Shown: positions 10,179 to 19,452 of the stretch, piece after piece
How positions within the stretch are numbered: the first letter of the stretch is position 1
Layout of the letters: each line of letters begins with the position of its first letter
Assembly (NCBI GenBank): GCA_001822815.1
Contig: MHSR01000013.1
Coordinates: 18,808-82,807, forward strand
Source: Candidatus Terrybacteria bacterium RIFCSPHIGHO2_01_FULL_43_35
GTDB lineage: Bacteria > Patescibacteriota > Minisyncoccia > Terrybacterales > GWB1-40-14
Direction of reading: 5' to 3'
Length of the DNA: 64,000 nt
Made by a program: the position numbers and the translations under genes
Notes under the pieces: generated by a model
Databases searched by the model: none
Seen by the model: only the letters and a program-made list of their open reading frames with translations
What the model was told of the DNA's origin: nothing

Positions 10179-12641
10179 TTAAACCACTATATTCAACAGT
10201 TTATCCTGCACATAAACGATCCGGTGTATTTTCTTATCCTTGGTGTACTTGAAAACATTTTCAAGATTAAGTGCTTTGGCCACAACCACGTCTTCAGCCA
10301 AACCGCTTGGCACTTTAAAAGTAGCACGCATTTTACCGTTAATCTGAACAACAACCAAAACCTCGTTCTGTTCTAAGGCAACTGGATCATAAACGGGCCA
10401 TCTTTCTTGTTGCACAGAATTATTATGCCCCAATTTTTCTTGCCAAAGTTCTTCGGCTAAATGAGGCGCGAAAGGAGAAACTAAAAGCACCAAGGTTTTG
10501 GCATCTGCTAAACTAACATTTTGCCTGTCCGCGTCATGGAGCGCGTTTACATACTCCATCAGTGAGCTGATAGCGGTATTAAATGAAAAATTCTCTATAT
10601 CTTTAGTGACCACTTTTATGGCCATGTTGCGCGCAAAATGAGTAGCGGCACTTCTGGTATTATCTTCGTTTAGAATTTTGCCGTCGTTTATCAAATTATA
10701 TATACGGCTCAAGAAACGCCATAAACCTATAATACCGCGCGTATCCCATGGTTTCTGATCTTCAAACGGTCCCAGAAAAAGCTCGTACATTCTTAAAGAA
10801 TCCGCGCCGTATAAATCTACAAGTTCATCCGGGTTGATTATATTACCTCTGGATTTAGACATTTTTTGTCCGTCCTGGCCCAAGATCAGACCCTGATTGA
10901 TCAATTTAGTGAAAGGTTCTTTGGTTGAAACCAGGCCAAGATCAAAAAGGAATTTATGCCAAAATCTTGCATAAAGCAGATGCAAAACGGCGTGCTCGAC
11001 ACCGCCGACATACAAATCAACGCCCATCCAATATTTTTCTTTTCTCTCGTCAACAATAGCCTTGTTGTTTTCTGGATCAATGAAACGCAGATAATACCAG
11101 CAGGAACCAGCCCACTGCGGCATAGTATTTGTTTCGCGTTTGGCTTTTGTACCGCAACGCGGGCATTCGGTGTTGACCCAACTGTCGATTTTTGCCAATG
11201 GCGATTCTCCGGTTCCGGTAGGTTCGTAACTTAAAATTTCTGGCAGCGTGAGAGGCAATGCCTCTTCTGGCAATGGCACAGCTCCGCATTTTGGACAATG
11301 AACTATCGGGATTGGCTCACCCCAATATCGCTGGCGGGAAAAAATCCAGTCGCGTAATTTATAGTTGACCATACCTCTGGCCAAACCATGCGCCTGCAGC
11401 CAGACAATAATCCTTGCTCGGGCATCTTCATTCCAAAGACCGTTGAATTCTCCCGAGTCTACCATGATGCCCTCGTGCGTGTGGGCTTCTTTTAACAAAC
11501 GATGTTTTTTGTTGTCTGGAGTAATAACCTCATTTATAGGCAGGTCATATTTCTTGGCAAAATCAAAATCTCTCTGATCGTGAGCCGGAACGGCCATTAT
11601 GGCTCCAGTTCCGTAATGCTCAAGGACATAGTCGGCCACAAAAACAGGTATTTTCTTTTTATCGGCGGGATTTATAGCCACTACACCCTCTAATTTAACG
11701 CCGGTTTTTTCGCCCGCCCCCCCCTGCCGCTCGCGGTCGCTTTTCTTTTTAGCCGCCTCTATATACTTTTCAACTTCGGACTTATTAGCAATGTGGCCTT
11801 CAAGCTTGTGCATCAGGGCGTGTTCCGGAGCCATGACAACATAGGTGGCGCCGAAAACAGTATCTGCCCTGGTAGTAAATACGGGCAATTCTAATTTCAA
11901 AGCAGATTTTTTGCCGGTCTTTTCAAGTTTAAAAATTATTTCTGCGCCATCAGATCTCCCAATCCAATTGCGCTGCATTTCTTTTATGTTTTCTGGCCAA
12001 TCAAGTTCGTCCAGATTATTAAGCAAACGGTCGGCATAAGCAGTAATCTTAAGCAGCCATTGTCTTATATTTTTTTTGATCACTGGCGTGCCGCAACGTT
12101 CACACTTGCCATCCACAACCTCTTCATTGGCCAGACCAGTGCCATCTTTTGGACAGAAGTTTATAGGCGCTTCAGATTCATAGGCCAATCCTTTTTCAAA
12201 AAGCTTTAAAAATATCCATTGCGTCCAGCGATAATACTCTGGATCGGTGGTATTTATTTCACGCTGCCAATCGTAAGAAAAACCCAAACTTTTAAGCTGG
12301 CTTCGGAAGCGCGTAATATTTTCCCCAACAGATTTTGAGGGGTGAGTTTTGCTTTTTATGGCGTAATTCTCTGCTGGTAAGCCAAAAGCGTCCCAACCCA
12401 TGGGATGCAAAACGTTTTTGCCGCGCATGCGCCAGTAACGACTCAAAACATCTGTAGCCGTGTATCCCTCGACATGACCGACATGCAAACCTTCGCCGGA
12501 TGGGTACGGAAACATGTCCAGAACATAATACTTGGATTTTTCATATCCGACATCCGGCAGATCTTGCGCGGCAAAAAGTTCTGGATGTTCTTCCCAGTAT
12601 TTCTGCCATCGCGCTTCAATTTTTTTAGGATTGTAGGGCAC
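10179..12641 (-). CDS. leuS: Leucyl-tRNA synthetase
   Basis: HVGH and KMSKS motifs, CP1 editing domain, 820 aa. Confidence 0.9.
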   Translation of the reverse strand: MPYNPKKIEARWQKYWEEHPELFAAQDLPDVGYEKSKYYVLDMFPYPSGEGLHVGHVEGYTATDVLSRYWRMRGKNVLHPMGWDAFGLPAENYAIKSKTHPSKSVGENITRFRSQLKSLGFSYDWQREINTTDPEYYRWTQWIFLKLFEKGLAYESEAPINFCPKDGTGLANEEVVDGKCERCGTPVIKKNIRQWLLKITAYADRLLNNLDELDWPENIKEMQRNWIGRSDGAEIIFKLEKTGKKSALKLELPVFTTRADTVFGATYVVMAPEHALMHKLEGHIANKSEVEKYIEAAKKKSDRERQGGAGEKTGVKLEGVVAINPADKKKIPVFVADYVLEHYGTGAIMAVPAHDQRDFDFAKKYDLPINEVITPDNKKHRLLKEAHTHEGIMVDSGEFNGLWNEDARARIIVWLQAHGLARGMVNYKLRDWIFSRQRYWGEPIPIVHCPKCGAVPLPEEALPLTLPEILSYEPTGTGESPLAKIDSWVNTECPRCGTKAKRETNTMPQWAGSCWYYLRFIDPENNKAIVDERKEKYWMGVDLYVGGVEHAVLHLLYARFWHKFLFDLGLVSTKEPFTKLINQGLILGQDGQKMSKSRGNIINPDELVDLYGADSLRMYELFLGPFEDQKPWDTRGIIGLWRFLSRIYNLINDGKILNEDNTRSAATHFARNMAIKVVTKDIENFSFNTAISSLMEYVNALHDADRQNVSLADAKTLVLLVSPFAPHLAEELWQEKLGHNNSVQQERWPVYDPVALEQNEVLVVVQINGKMRATFKVPSGLAEDVVVAKALNLENVFKYTKDKKIHRIVYVQDKLLNIVV

Positions 12642-12677
12642 AGTAAAAGTTAAAAATTTAAAGCGAAAAATGTAAAA

Positions 12678-13115
12678 TTAATCCAAGATTTCTTGCATTT
12701 TAGATAATACTATAGATCGCGCGTTGTCTTCGCCAAGCATATTAATAAATTTACCAAAAACGCTATCCATATCTAAATCACGTCTAAAAATAGGTTTAAA
12801 ATTAGAATAGGCAACAAAGCCTATCCCGTTTGCTGTTTTATTGCATCGGCATTCTAAAACAACATCGGTGTCATCAATACCACTATCTTTATAAATCCCA
12901 GTGTGATTTGACGATAACCAAATATCGAAATTTTTAGTAACAGCTATTGCAATGGCCTTACCGTCTTCAAGATCTCTTTTTAAATAACTTAAAGAAGAAC
13001 CTTCTCCAATTTTTACGCGCAAAATGCTAGACAGCTCTTCTGCGGAATATCTTTCTTTGTCTTCATCTACCTCTTTAATTTCGGCATGTGAAGTTGGTTT
13101 TTCTCTGGGGCCCAT
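12678..13115 (-). CDS. Hypothetical protein (145 aa)
   Basis: ORF in an operon-like array downstream of tatD. No motif recognised. Confidence 0.45.
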   Translation of the reverse strand: MGPREKPTSHAEIKEVDEDKERYSAEELSSILRVKIGEGSSLSYLKRDLEDGKAIAIAVTKNFDIWLSSNHTGIYKDSGIDDTDVVLECRCNKTANGIGFVAYSNFKPIFRRDLDMDSVFGKFINMLGEDNARSIVLSKMQEILD

Positions 13116-13171
13116 GTTTCAAATTAAAAATTCAAAACTAAAAATGGAAAAACGCGGTGTAAAAATTAAAA

Positions 13172-13537
13172 TTATTTCAATGCTTCTTGAATTTTTTCTG
13201 TAACGATTTCAACAAATTTGTGCGGAAATATTGCTCCAAAATATTTTGAAATTCCGACTTCCATATCGCCGTTTAAATCTTCATCATATACAAATATCAT
13301 TCGGCCTTTGTCTTTTATAAATCTTCCCCTGAAAATAACTTCTTCGCCTATTTCTACCGTTGTTGTAGGCAAAAGCGTGATGCTGAAATCATTTTTTACC
13401 TCGGTTATAATGCCGGATTCGTTTTCCTCCAGTCCTCGCAAAATTTCCAGTTCTCCACGCACAAAAGATTTTTGCTTAAAATCTTCGAGGGTGTATATAT
13501 TCTCTGATGTAGAACTAAATTCTGATCTCTCGTGCAT
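13172..13537 (-). CDS. Hypothetical protein (121 aa)
   Basis: ORF 2 bp downstream of the tatD stop. No motif recognised. Confidence 0.45.
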   Translation of the reverse strand: MHERSEFSSTSENIYTLEDFKQKSFVRGELEILRGLEENESGIITEVKNDFSITLLPTTTVEIGEEVIFRGRFIKDKGRMIFVYDEDLNGDMEVGISKYFGAIFPHKFVEIVTEKIQEALK

Positions 13538-13538
13538 G

Positions 13539-14402
13539 CTATTGAATAGGTAAATTAAACATTTTTTTAGCGTTAAGAACAGTTTGCTCCGCTACTTCTT
13601 CAAATGATGTGTTTTTGACTCCCGCTATGTGCTCAACAACATATTTTACGTTGACGGGTTCGTTGCGTTCGTCCCTATGCGGAACCGGCGTTAAATACGG
13701 AGAGTCGGTTTCGGTAAAAAGCTTATAAAGCGGCGCATCTTTAATAATTCTATCCCACGCGCCGTTATAAGTAATCATACCCGTAAAAGATAATCCGAAG
13801 CCTAACTGCATATATTCCTGGGCCTGAGCTTTGTTGCCGGAAAAACAGTGGCTCACGCCGCGCAGGCCTCGAGGCACATATTCCTTTAGTATAGCAAGCA
13901 TATCTTGATGCGCATTACGCTTGAGACCATCAACCTGGCCATCGCGGCAATGCAATATAACCGGCTTGGTAACTTCAAGTGCAAGTTCAAGCTGCTGCCG
14001 CAGTATATTTTCCTGATGTTTTCTATCGTCTTCAGTAATTTCAAGGCGTTTTACATAATCAAGACCAGTTTCGCCTATGGCCACTACAAGCGGATGCTTG
14101 GCAAGTAGCAACCATTCATTCATTTCAAATGTCTCATTGCTGGTTCTGGAGGCGTGATCGCCCCCCGCTTCTTCTTCATCGGGATCAAAAATTGTTGGCT
14201 TTGTGTGTATAGGGTGCAAACCGATCGCCGGAAACACAAGACCGCGATATTTTTCGCCAAATTCAATTGCGCGGCGCGAGATAGCAAGTTTGGTTGATGG
14301 CGCAACCATAAAAACGCCCGCTTCTTGCGCGCGGCGTATAACCTCATCGGCATCATCCTTAAAAATATTGAAGTGAATATGGGCGTGTAAATCAACTAAC
14401 AT
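13539..14402 (-). CDS. tatD: TatD-family metal-dependent DNase/hydrolase
   Basis: N-terminal LVDLHAHI TIM-barrel metal site. Conserved metG-tatD synteny. Confidence 0.8.
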   Translation of the reverse strand: MLVDLHAHIHFNIFKDDADEVIRRAQEAGVFMVAPSTKLAISRRAIEFGEKYRGLVFPAIGLHPIHTKPTIFDPDEEEAGGDHASRTSNETFEMNEWLLLAKHPLVVAIGETGLDYVKRLEITEDDRKHQENILRQQLELALEVTKPVILHCRDGQVDGLKRNAHQDMLAILKEYVPRGLRGVSHCFSGNKAQAQEYMQLGFGLSFTGMITYNGAWDRIIKDAPLYKLFTETDSPYLTPVPHRDERNEPVNVKYVVEHIAGVKNTSFEEVAEQTVLNAKKMFNLPIQ

Positions 14403-14463
14403 GCGTTAGAATTTGACATTTTGAATTTGGGATCTAGAAATAGTAAAATCTAATTTCAACATT

Positions 14464-15936
14464 CTAAATTCTAGGGAACAACGGCTCGCCTTTGTGTGGT
14501 TTGAGCCCTTGCTCCTCCCATGAACCCTGGGCCGATTTATCCAAACCTATCTGCTTAAAAATCTTTTCGGCGGTTTGCGGCAAAAACGGCTCAAGCATCC
14601 AGCCCATATTGACAATTAAATAGAGAAGGTTTGGAATGGCTTTTTGCCAATTATCACCTTGCCACGGCTTTTCGCGGTCAATATAAAGATTGCCTTCACG
14701 CGCAAGCTCATAGATGCGACTTAATGCCTCGCTGAAGCGAAATCTGGCCATAGCCGAGCCGTAAAAATCCCAGGCGTCGTTAACCGAAATTTCGAAATCG
14801 GCTGAAGACATTTTTAATGGTTTGGGGGATTTCTCCGCCAAAGCGCATACTCGCGCAACTAAGTTACCCAGACCATTGGCCAGTTCTGCGGAATAAACAT
14901 CAGCCATGCGCTCAGGGGTCATGTCGCCGTCTTCCATGGCAGGAATTTCCTTAAGCAAAAAATAGCGCACGGCGTCAGCTCCGTATTTGGCTATGAGCCC
15001 AAATGGATCAATAACATTGCCCAAAGACTTAGACATTTTTTGGCCGCCGGATTGAATATGACCATGCACCAGAATAGTTTTGGGTAGAGGTAATTTAACG
15101 ACCATAAGCATGGCCGGCCAAATTATGGCGTGAAAACGCATAATGTCCTTCCCTATCACATGTGCATCTGCGGGCCAGAACTTTTTGAACAGTTCGTCTT
15201 CGCTGCGGCCGAAACCCAAAGCGCTAATATAATTGACCAGCGCGTCGGCCCAAACATAAATAGTATGTTTTTTATCGCCAGGAACAGGTATGCCCCATTT
15301 TAAATCCTTGCTTGGCCGCGAAAAACTAACGTCTTCCAAGCCCTGGTTTATAAAATTCAATACTTCTGTTCGGCGATGTTCCGGAATTATTTTAATAATT
15401 CCCTGTTCATAAATATTAGCCAGCTTTTCTTGGAAATCAGAAAGCTTAAAAAAATAATTCTCTTCTTTTATGATTTCTGGTTTCCTATTATGATCCGAGC
15501 ACAAACCATTTACCAAATCGCTTGGCACTTTGAAAGCCTCGCAACCAGAACAGTAAAGGCCTTCGTAATATTTTTTGTATAAAACCTCTGCCGCGTTTAA
15601 ATTTTGCCACATTTCCTGCGCCCCTGGCCAATGAACCTTCTTATCTGATGTGCGGATAAATGAATCATTGCTTATGTTTAAGTCTTTGGCTAAATCACGG
15701 AAACGCTGGCTTACCTCATCAGCGAAAACCTGTGGGTCTTTGTCCGCTTCTTGCGCGGCTTTAACAATTTTCTGCCCGTGTTCGTCCGTTCCCGTTAGAT
15801 AATAGACGTCGTCTCCCAAAAGCCTTCTGTATCTTGCGATAACATCGGCTTGGCACAATTCCAAAGCAAAACCAACGTGTGGCGGCGCGTTAACATAGGC
15901 AATTGCGGTTGTAATGTAAAATTTTGATTTATTCAT
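14464..15936 (-). CDS. metG: Methionyl-tRNA synthetase (short form)
   Basis: N-terminal class I motif region (PPHVGFALE) and KMSKSLGN motif. Start at 15936. Confidence 0.9.
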   Translation of the reverse strand: MNKSKFYITTAIAYVNAPPHVGFALELCQADVIARYRRLLGDDVYYLTGTDEHGQKIVKAAQEADKDPQVFADEVSQRFRDLAKDLNISNDSFIRTSDKKVHWPGAQEMWQNLNAAEVLYKKYYEGLYCSGCEAFKVPSDLVNGLCSDHNRKPEIIKEENYFFKLSDFQEKLANIYEQGIIKIIPEHRRTEVLNFINQGLEDVSFSRPSKDLKWGIPVPGDKKHTIYVWADALVNYISALGFGRSEDELFKKFWPADAHVIGKDIMRFHAIIWPAMLMVVKLPLPKTILVHGHIQSGGQKMSKSLGNVIDPFGLIAKYGADAVRYFLLKEIPAMEDGDMTPERMADVYSAELANGLGNLVARVCALAEKSPKPLKMSSADFEISVNDAWDFYGSAMARFRFSEALSRIYELAREGNLYIDREKPWQGDNWQKAIPNLLYLIVNMGWMLEPFLPQTAEKIFKQIGLDKSAQGSWEEQGLKPHKGEPLFPRI

Positions 15937-15944
15937 TATCTTTA

Positions 15945-16182
15945 GGACTTACGCGCTTGCCGTTTTTCTCGCTCATCGGTAAGTATGCACTAGTTGTTTT
16001 CGCTCCTATCTGCGGGGACGATTATTGGCACTGCCACAAATTGGTCATCTTCCGGCAAACTCGCTCGCTTTCGCTCGCTCAAACAGTGCCTCACTACGAC
16101 CAATTCGTGGCGCCAATGTACGTCTCCTCGAATGTCGCGAAAATCAACTAGTGCATACAAAAAGTCAAGCGCGTAAGGTCCT
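15945..16182. mobile_element. MITE-like element with terminal inverted repeats in the metG leader
   Basis: The 15945-15990 end (GGACTTACGCGCTTG...GTATGCACTAGTTG) pairs with the 16145-16182 end (CAACTAGTGCATAC...CAAGCGCGTAAGGTCC). The internal sequence is homologous to 18045-18245. The left TIR begins 9 nt from the metG start codon. Confidence 0.65.
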
Positions 16183-16244
16183 AATCATTGAAAAATCTTA
16201 GAAAAAGTGGGTTGGCGTTAATATTTAAATTATACCTTAAAATA

Positions 16245-16952
16245 TTAATAAAAGATTATCGTGTATTCGCCGCGCGGCTTTTCTTTATTGATGTTCTCTA
16301 TCGCCTGTTCAAGCGTGCCGCGGAAAATGGTTTCAAATTTTTTAGTTAGTTCTCTGCCCACAATCACTTTGGCGTTGTCACCCAAAACGGCTCTGGCTTC
16401 CATGAGTGTTTTGGCGACGCGGTAAGGAGATTCGTAAATAATTTTTGGCATATCTTTAAAGACGGCCAGGTTATTGAAAAAAGTCTTTCTGCCTTTTTTG
16501 GTCGGCGGATATCCCAAGAATACGAAATTCTGCATCGGCAAACCAGAAACCGAAGCAAGTGCCGTCAGGGCGCTTGGACCAGGTATTGGCACAACTCTAA
16601 GCTCCATGCCAAGTATGCCATAAAGTCTGGCTACCAGTTCATTGCCTGGATCGGAAATGCCGGGCGTGCCGGCATCGGTGACCAGCGCGCAATTTTTGCC
16701 TTCGCGCAGCAATTGAGCAATATGAAAAGTTGCTTTCTCGCTACTGTGCTGATGGTACGCCTCAAGAAACGTGTTAATGTTATAATGTTTCAAAAGCGTT
16801 TTGGTTACGCGCGTGTCTTCGGCAAATATAAAATCGGCTTCCTTTAATATGCGGAGCGCGCGCAAAGAAATGTCTTCCAAATTACCTATTGGAGTAGCTA
16901 CAATATAAAGGTTTCCATACATACCTTTTATTTGTACTCGCAATAAAGACAA
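16245..16952 (-). CDS. rsmI: 16S rRNA (cytidine1402-2'-O)-methyltransferase
   Basis: Tetrapyrrole-methylase fold N-terminus (LYIVATPIGNLEDISLRALRIL...FAEDTR). Confidence 0.8.
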   Translation of the reverse strand: MSLLRVQIKGMYGNLYIVATPIGNLEDISLRALRILKEADFIFAEDTRVTKTLLKHYNINTFLEAYHQHSSEKATFHIAQLLREGKNCALVTDAGTPGISDPGNELVARLYGILGMELRVVPIPGPSALTALASVSGLPMQNFVFLGYPPTKKGRKTFFNNLAVFKDMPKIIYESPYRVAKTLMEARAVLGDNAKVIVGRELTKKFETIFRGTLEQAIENINKEKPRGEYTIIFY

Positions 16953-16974
16953 AAAGCAAAACCGTTATGATAGC

Positions 16975-17040
16975 TGGTAGTTAGTAGATGGTAGATAGAG
17001 ACGACTTTTCCTAACTACTAACTACAATCTACTATCTTCT
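16975..17040. promoter_or_regulatory. Imperfect palindrome in the rsmI / membrane-protein divergent intergenic region. A candidate operator.
   Basis: GGTAGTTAGTAGATGGTAGATAG...CTAACTACTAACTACAATCTACTATC arranged around a central gacgactttt. Confidence 0.35.
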
Positions 17041-17044
17041 AATT

Positions 17045-17530
17045 ATGATTTTAGCCGTCCACATCCTTTTTGGCGCCGCTGTCGGCAATGCTGTTGGTAA
17101 TCCCGCACTCGGGCTGCCAACTGCTTTCGTGAGCCACTATTTACTCGATTCGCTCCCCCACCGCGAGTATGATATTGACCGCGTAGAAAATCTCTCACGC
17201 ACCGGATGGCGCCGCGCCGCAATAGATTTTATAAAAATATTCATTGATTTTTTCGGCGGGATGGCAATACTCGTATTCATCGCGCCAGCCTCTATTCCGC
17301 TCCCATGGCTTCTTTTGTGGGGCTTTTTTGCCGCGCTGCCAGACGGTATATCTTTCTTGCATTATTTATGGCCAGATAATAAACCGCTTGCAGCTCAACA
17401 ACGCTTCCACAAACTTATCCATATAAAACAGGATAAAAAAGAAACTCCATGGCGTCTCGGGATTCCTTTTCAAATTGCCGTTGCCCTTGCGGCTATAGTA
17501 CTTTTGAACAGCCATTCGCTCGTGCACTAA
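17045..17530 (+). CDS. Membrane-bound metal-dependent hydrolase-like protein (YdjM/DUF457-like)
   Basis: Multi-TM protein with an HxxLD...PH motif. Assignment is tentative. Confidence 0.45.
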   Translation: MILAVHILFGAAVGNAVGNPALGLPTAFVSHYLLDSLPHREYDIDRVENLSRTGWRRAAIDFIKIFIDFFGGMAILVFIAPASIPLPWLLLWGFFAALPDGISFLHYLWPDNKPLAAQQRFHKLIHIKQDKKETPWRLGIPFQIAVALAAIVLLNSHSLVH

Positions 17531-17608
17531 ACAAAAAGTGTCCGTAAAGGACGCCGAACTCAATTTATTATTGATCGCGAGAACGAGAATCTCCCCCGCT
17601 GGAGTTGT

Positions 17609-17902
17609 TTATTGATTTTTTTCAGTCGAATCTTTTTCGGTCGAATCTGGCGATGGATCAGGATCTGCTATGCTAGACAAACCAATCATAACCGCGCTCA
17701 CAGAAATCACAGAGAGGCCCATTGTAATTGCTAAGATTGCAAACGGGTCCGCGTCCGCGTAGAGGGTAGCGTAGAGGATAGGTAGAACAAGATTACTGAT
17801 CGCTGAAACGACTTGCACCATAAAAAAGGCAATCACGACCATCACAAAGAAACTAACTGCAGTAACGATGCCAAATCTAGCGAGCTTAACGAGATACCGC
17901 AT
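17609..17902 (-). CDS. Small hydrophobic membrane protein (97 aa), hypothetical
   Basis: Two to three predicted TM helices. No motif recognised. Confidence 0.4.
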   Translation of the reverse strand: MRYLVKLARFGIVTAVSFFVMVVIAFFMVQVVSAISNLVLPILYATLYADADPFAILAITMGLSVISVSAVMIGLSSIADPDPSPDSTEKDSTEKNQ

Positions 17903-18044
17903 TTTCTTGTCCCCTTTCTCGGGTTTTCAAAGGGATTCTTTGTGAATCCCGTACTATGTATGTTTATACACTGTTATTGTATTTCTGTCAAGCTCTTCGG
18001 CTAAAACTAAAAGGTCGCCGCAGGCGACCTTCATTATCTTCTTT

Positions 18045-18245
18045 TTTAGTTCTAGAAAAACGTGTCCGCCTGAACGATTTCCGAGGAAACGTAAATTGGC
18101 GCCACGAATCGGACGCCATGAGGCACTGTTTGACCCAGCCCCAGTTTTGCATTAACAAATCTATTTTTATCAAACGGACTGTTAGACAAAACTGGGGCTG
18201 AGGAGTTTGCCGGAAGGTGTCTGATTCGCAGCAATGCCAATAATC
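18045..18245. mobile_element. Second copy (opposite orientation) of the 15945-16182 element, with a nested hairpin element inserted
   Basis: The reverse complement matches blocks of the metG-leader element (ctgcggggacgattattggca, cttccggcaaactc, tcaaacagtgcctca, cgtggcgccaat). The CCCAGCCCCAGTTTT/AAAACTGGGGCTG hairpin at 18134-18203 is present only in this copy. Confidence 0.6.
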
Positions 18246-18281
18246 GTCCCCGCAGACGTGAGCGAAAGCATGACTGCGCTT

Positions 18282-19322
18282 TTACACCTTTACTTTCCCT
18301 TGGCTAAAATCGCTGAAAAATTCTATAAGCACGGCCGCAACTGGAACGGCCAGCAAAATTCCGGGAATGCCGCCGAGGCGGGCGCCTATTAACAACGAAA
18401 AGATGACGATGATAGGATGCAAACCTAATACCCTTTTGAATATTATAGGCACAAGTACATTGCCCTCAAGCTGCTGCAAAACAAAGAAAAACAAACCAAT
18501 CAAGATTGCCATGGCCGGATTCTGGAAAAATGCGATGGAAATCGCGATTATGGCTGTTGCAATAGGACCGACTATGGGAACAATCTCTAAAATACCGGCG
18601 ATTATGGCTATTATAAGAGCGTAATGGATCTGCTCACCCAAAAACAACCCTATCGCAATAAGACCAACATATGTAGCAACGCCGATAAGCACGGCCAATA
18701 CGACCTGCCCCTGGAACCATTGGCCTATTTTTTTCTGCGCGCGCTTCCAGAGATCAACCACATAAGGCTCTTCCGATTGACTAAGCATCCGCAAGAATTT
18801 CTCTTCGCCATCCCTCTGTAAGGCCAGATAGAACGACGCCAAGAATACCGTGATTATTTGAAGGCTCCTGCCGACTACTCCCGTAAAAATACCCGGAAGC
18901 GTGGGTATAAACTGAGCAATATGCGTGTTGATCTCTTCAAAATAAACCTCAAAACCTCCGAATGCTGGGTTGCTCGGATTTATGCCGTATCTGGAGAGAG
19001 AATTTAATATGCCGGTGGCGTAAAATGAAAAATTGGTTGCAAAATCCGTAAGTTCACTGGCTAAAGGAGGCAGGATGGTCCACAAGAAAATAGCCAAGCC
19101 AATGATCGCGGTGAAGTAAACAGTCAAAAGAGCCACGATGCGCGGAATGTGCTTATTTTCCATGCGCGTAGCTAAAGGATCGATAGCCGCAGCTATGACT
19201 ATAGCGAAAAGCAAAAGTATTATTATATCGCGTAAGATAAAAATGGATAAAACAATAACTATAGCCAGCATCACTCTGACGATAGTTGAAGAAGGTATGT
19301 GTATGTAAACGTTATTGTTCAT
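18282..19322 (-). CDS. AI-2E family transporter (UPF0118/PerM-like permease)
   Basis: Eight predicted TM segments and the AI-2E-like topology. Family assignment from overall pattern. Confidence 0.55.
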   Translation of the reverse strand: MNNNVYIHIPSSTIVRVMLAIVIVLSIFILRDIIILLLFAIVIAAAIDPLATRMENKHIPRIVALLTVYFTAIIGLAIFLWTILPPLASELTDFATNFSFYATGILNSLSRYGINPSNPAFGGFEVYFEEINTHIAQFIPTLPGIFTGVVGRSLQIITVFLASFYLALQRDGEEKFLRMLSQSEEPYVVDLWKRAQKKIGQWFQGQVVLAVLIGVATYVGLIAIGLFLGEQIHYALIIAIIAGILEIVPIVGPIATAIIAISIAFFQNPAMAILIGLFFFVLQQLEGNVLVPIIFKRVLGLHPIIVIFSLLIGARLGGIPGILLAVPVAAVLIEFFSDFSQGKVKV

Positions 19323-19452
19323 CCCGTTAGAAGCAGATCGCGATCAATGATCTCAATCTGCAAAATTATTTGTATGGATACTATAATATGACATAGGTAT
19401 TTTTACTGCTAATCTATTGCGATCGCGGCTTCTAACGGGATTCATGATTGGT

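Noticed and set aside
15924-16151. 75-aa ORF and similar 62-aa ORF at 18052-18240 with related peptide sequences
   Set aside because: Both lie entirely inside the two copies of the MITE-like element. Peptide similarity just reflects DNA repeat homology. No SD. Treated as non-coding.
19323-19452. Large inverted repeat (ATCCCGTTAGAAGC ... GCTTCTAACGGGAT) between the M16 peptidase and AI-2E transporter genes
   Set aside because: Probably a terminator or promoter-region stem specific to this junction. No other copies seen, so not reported as a repeat family.
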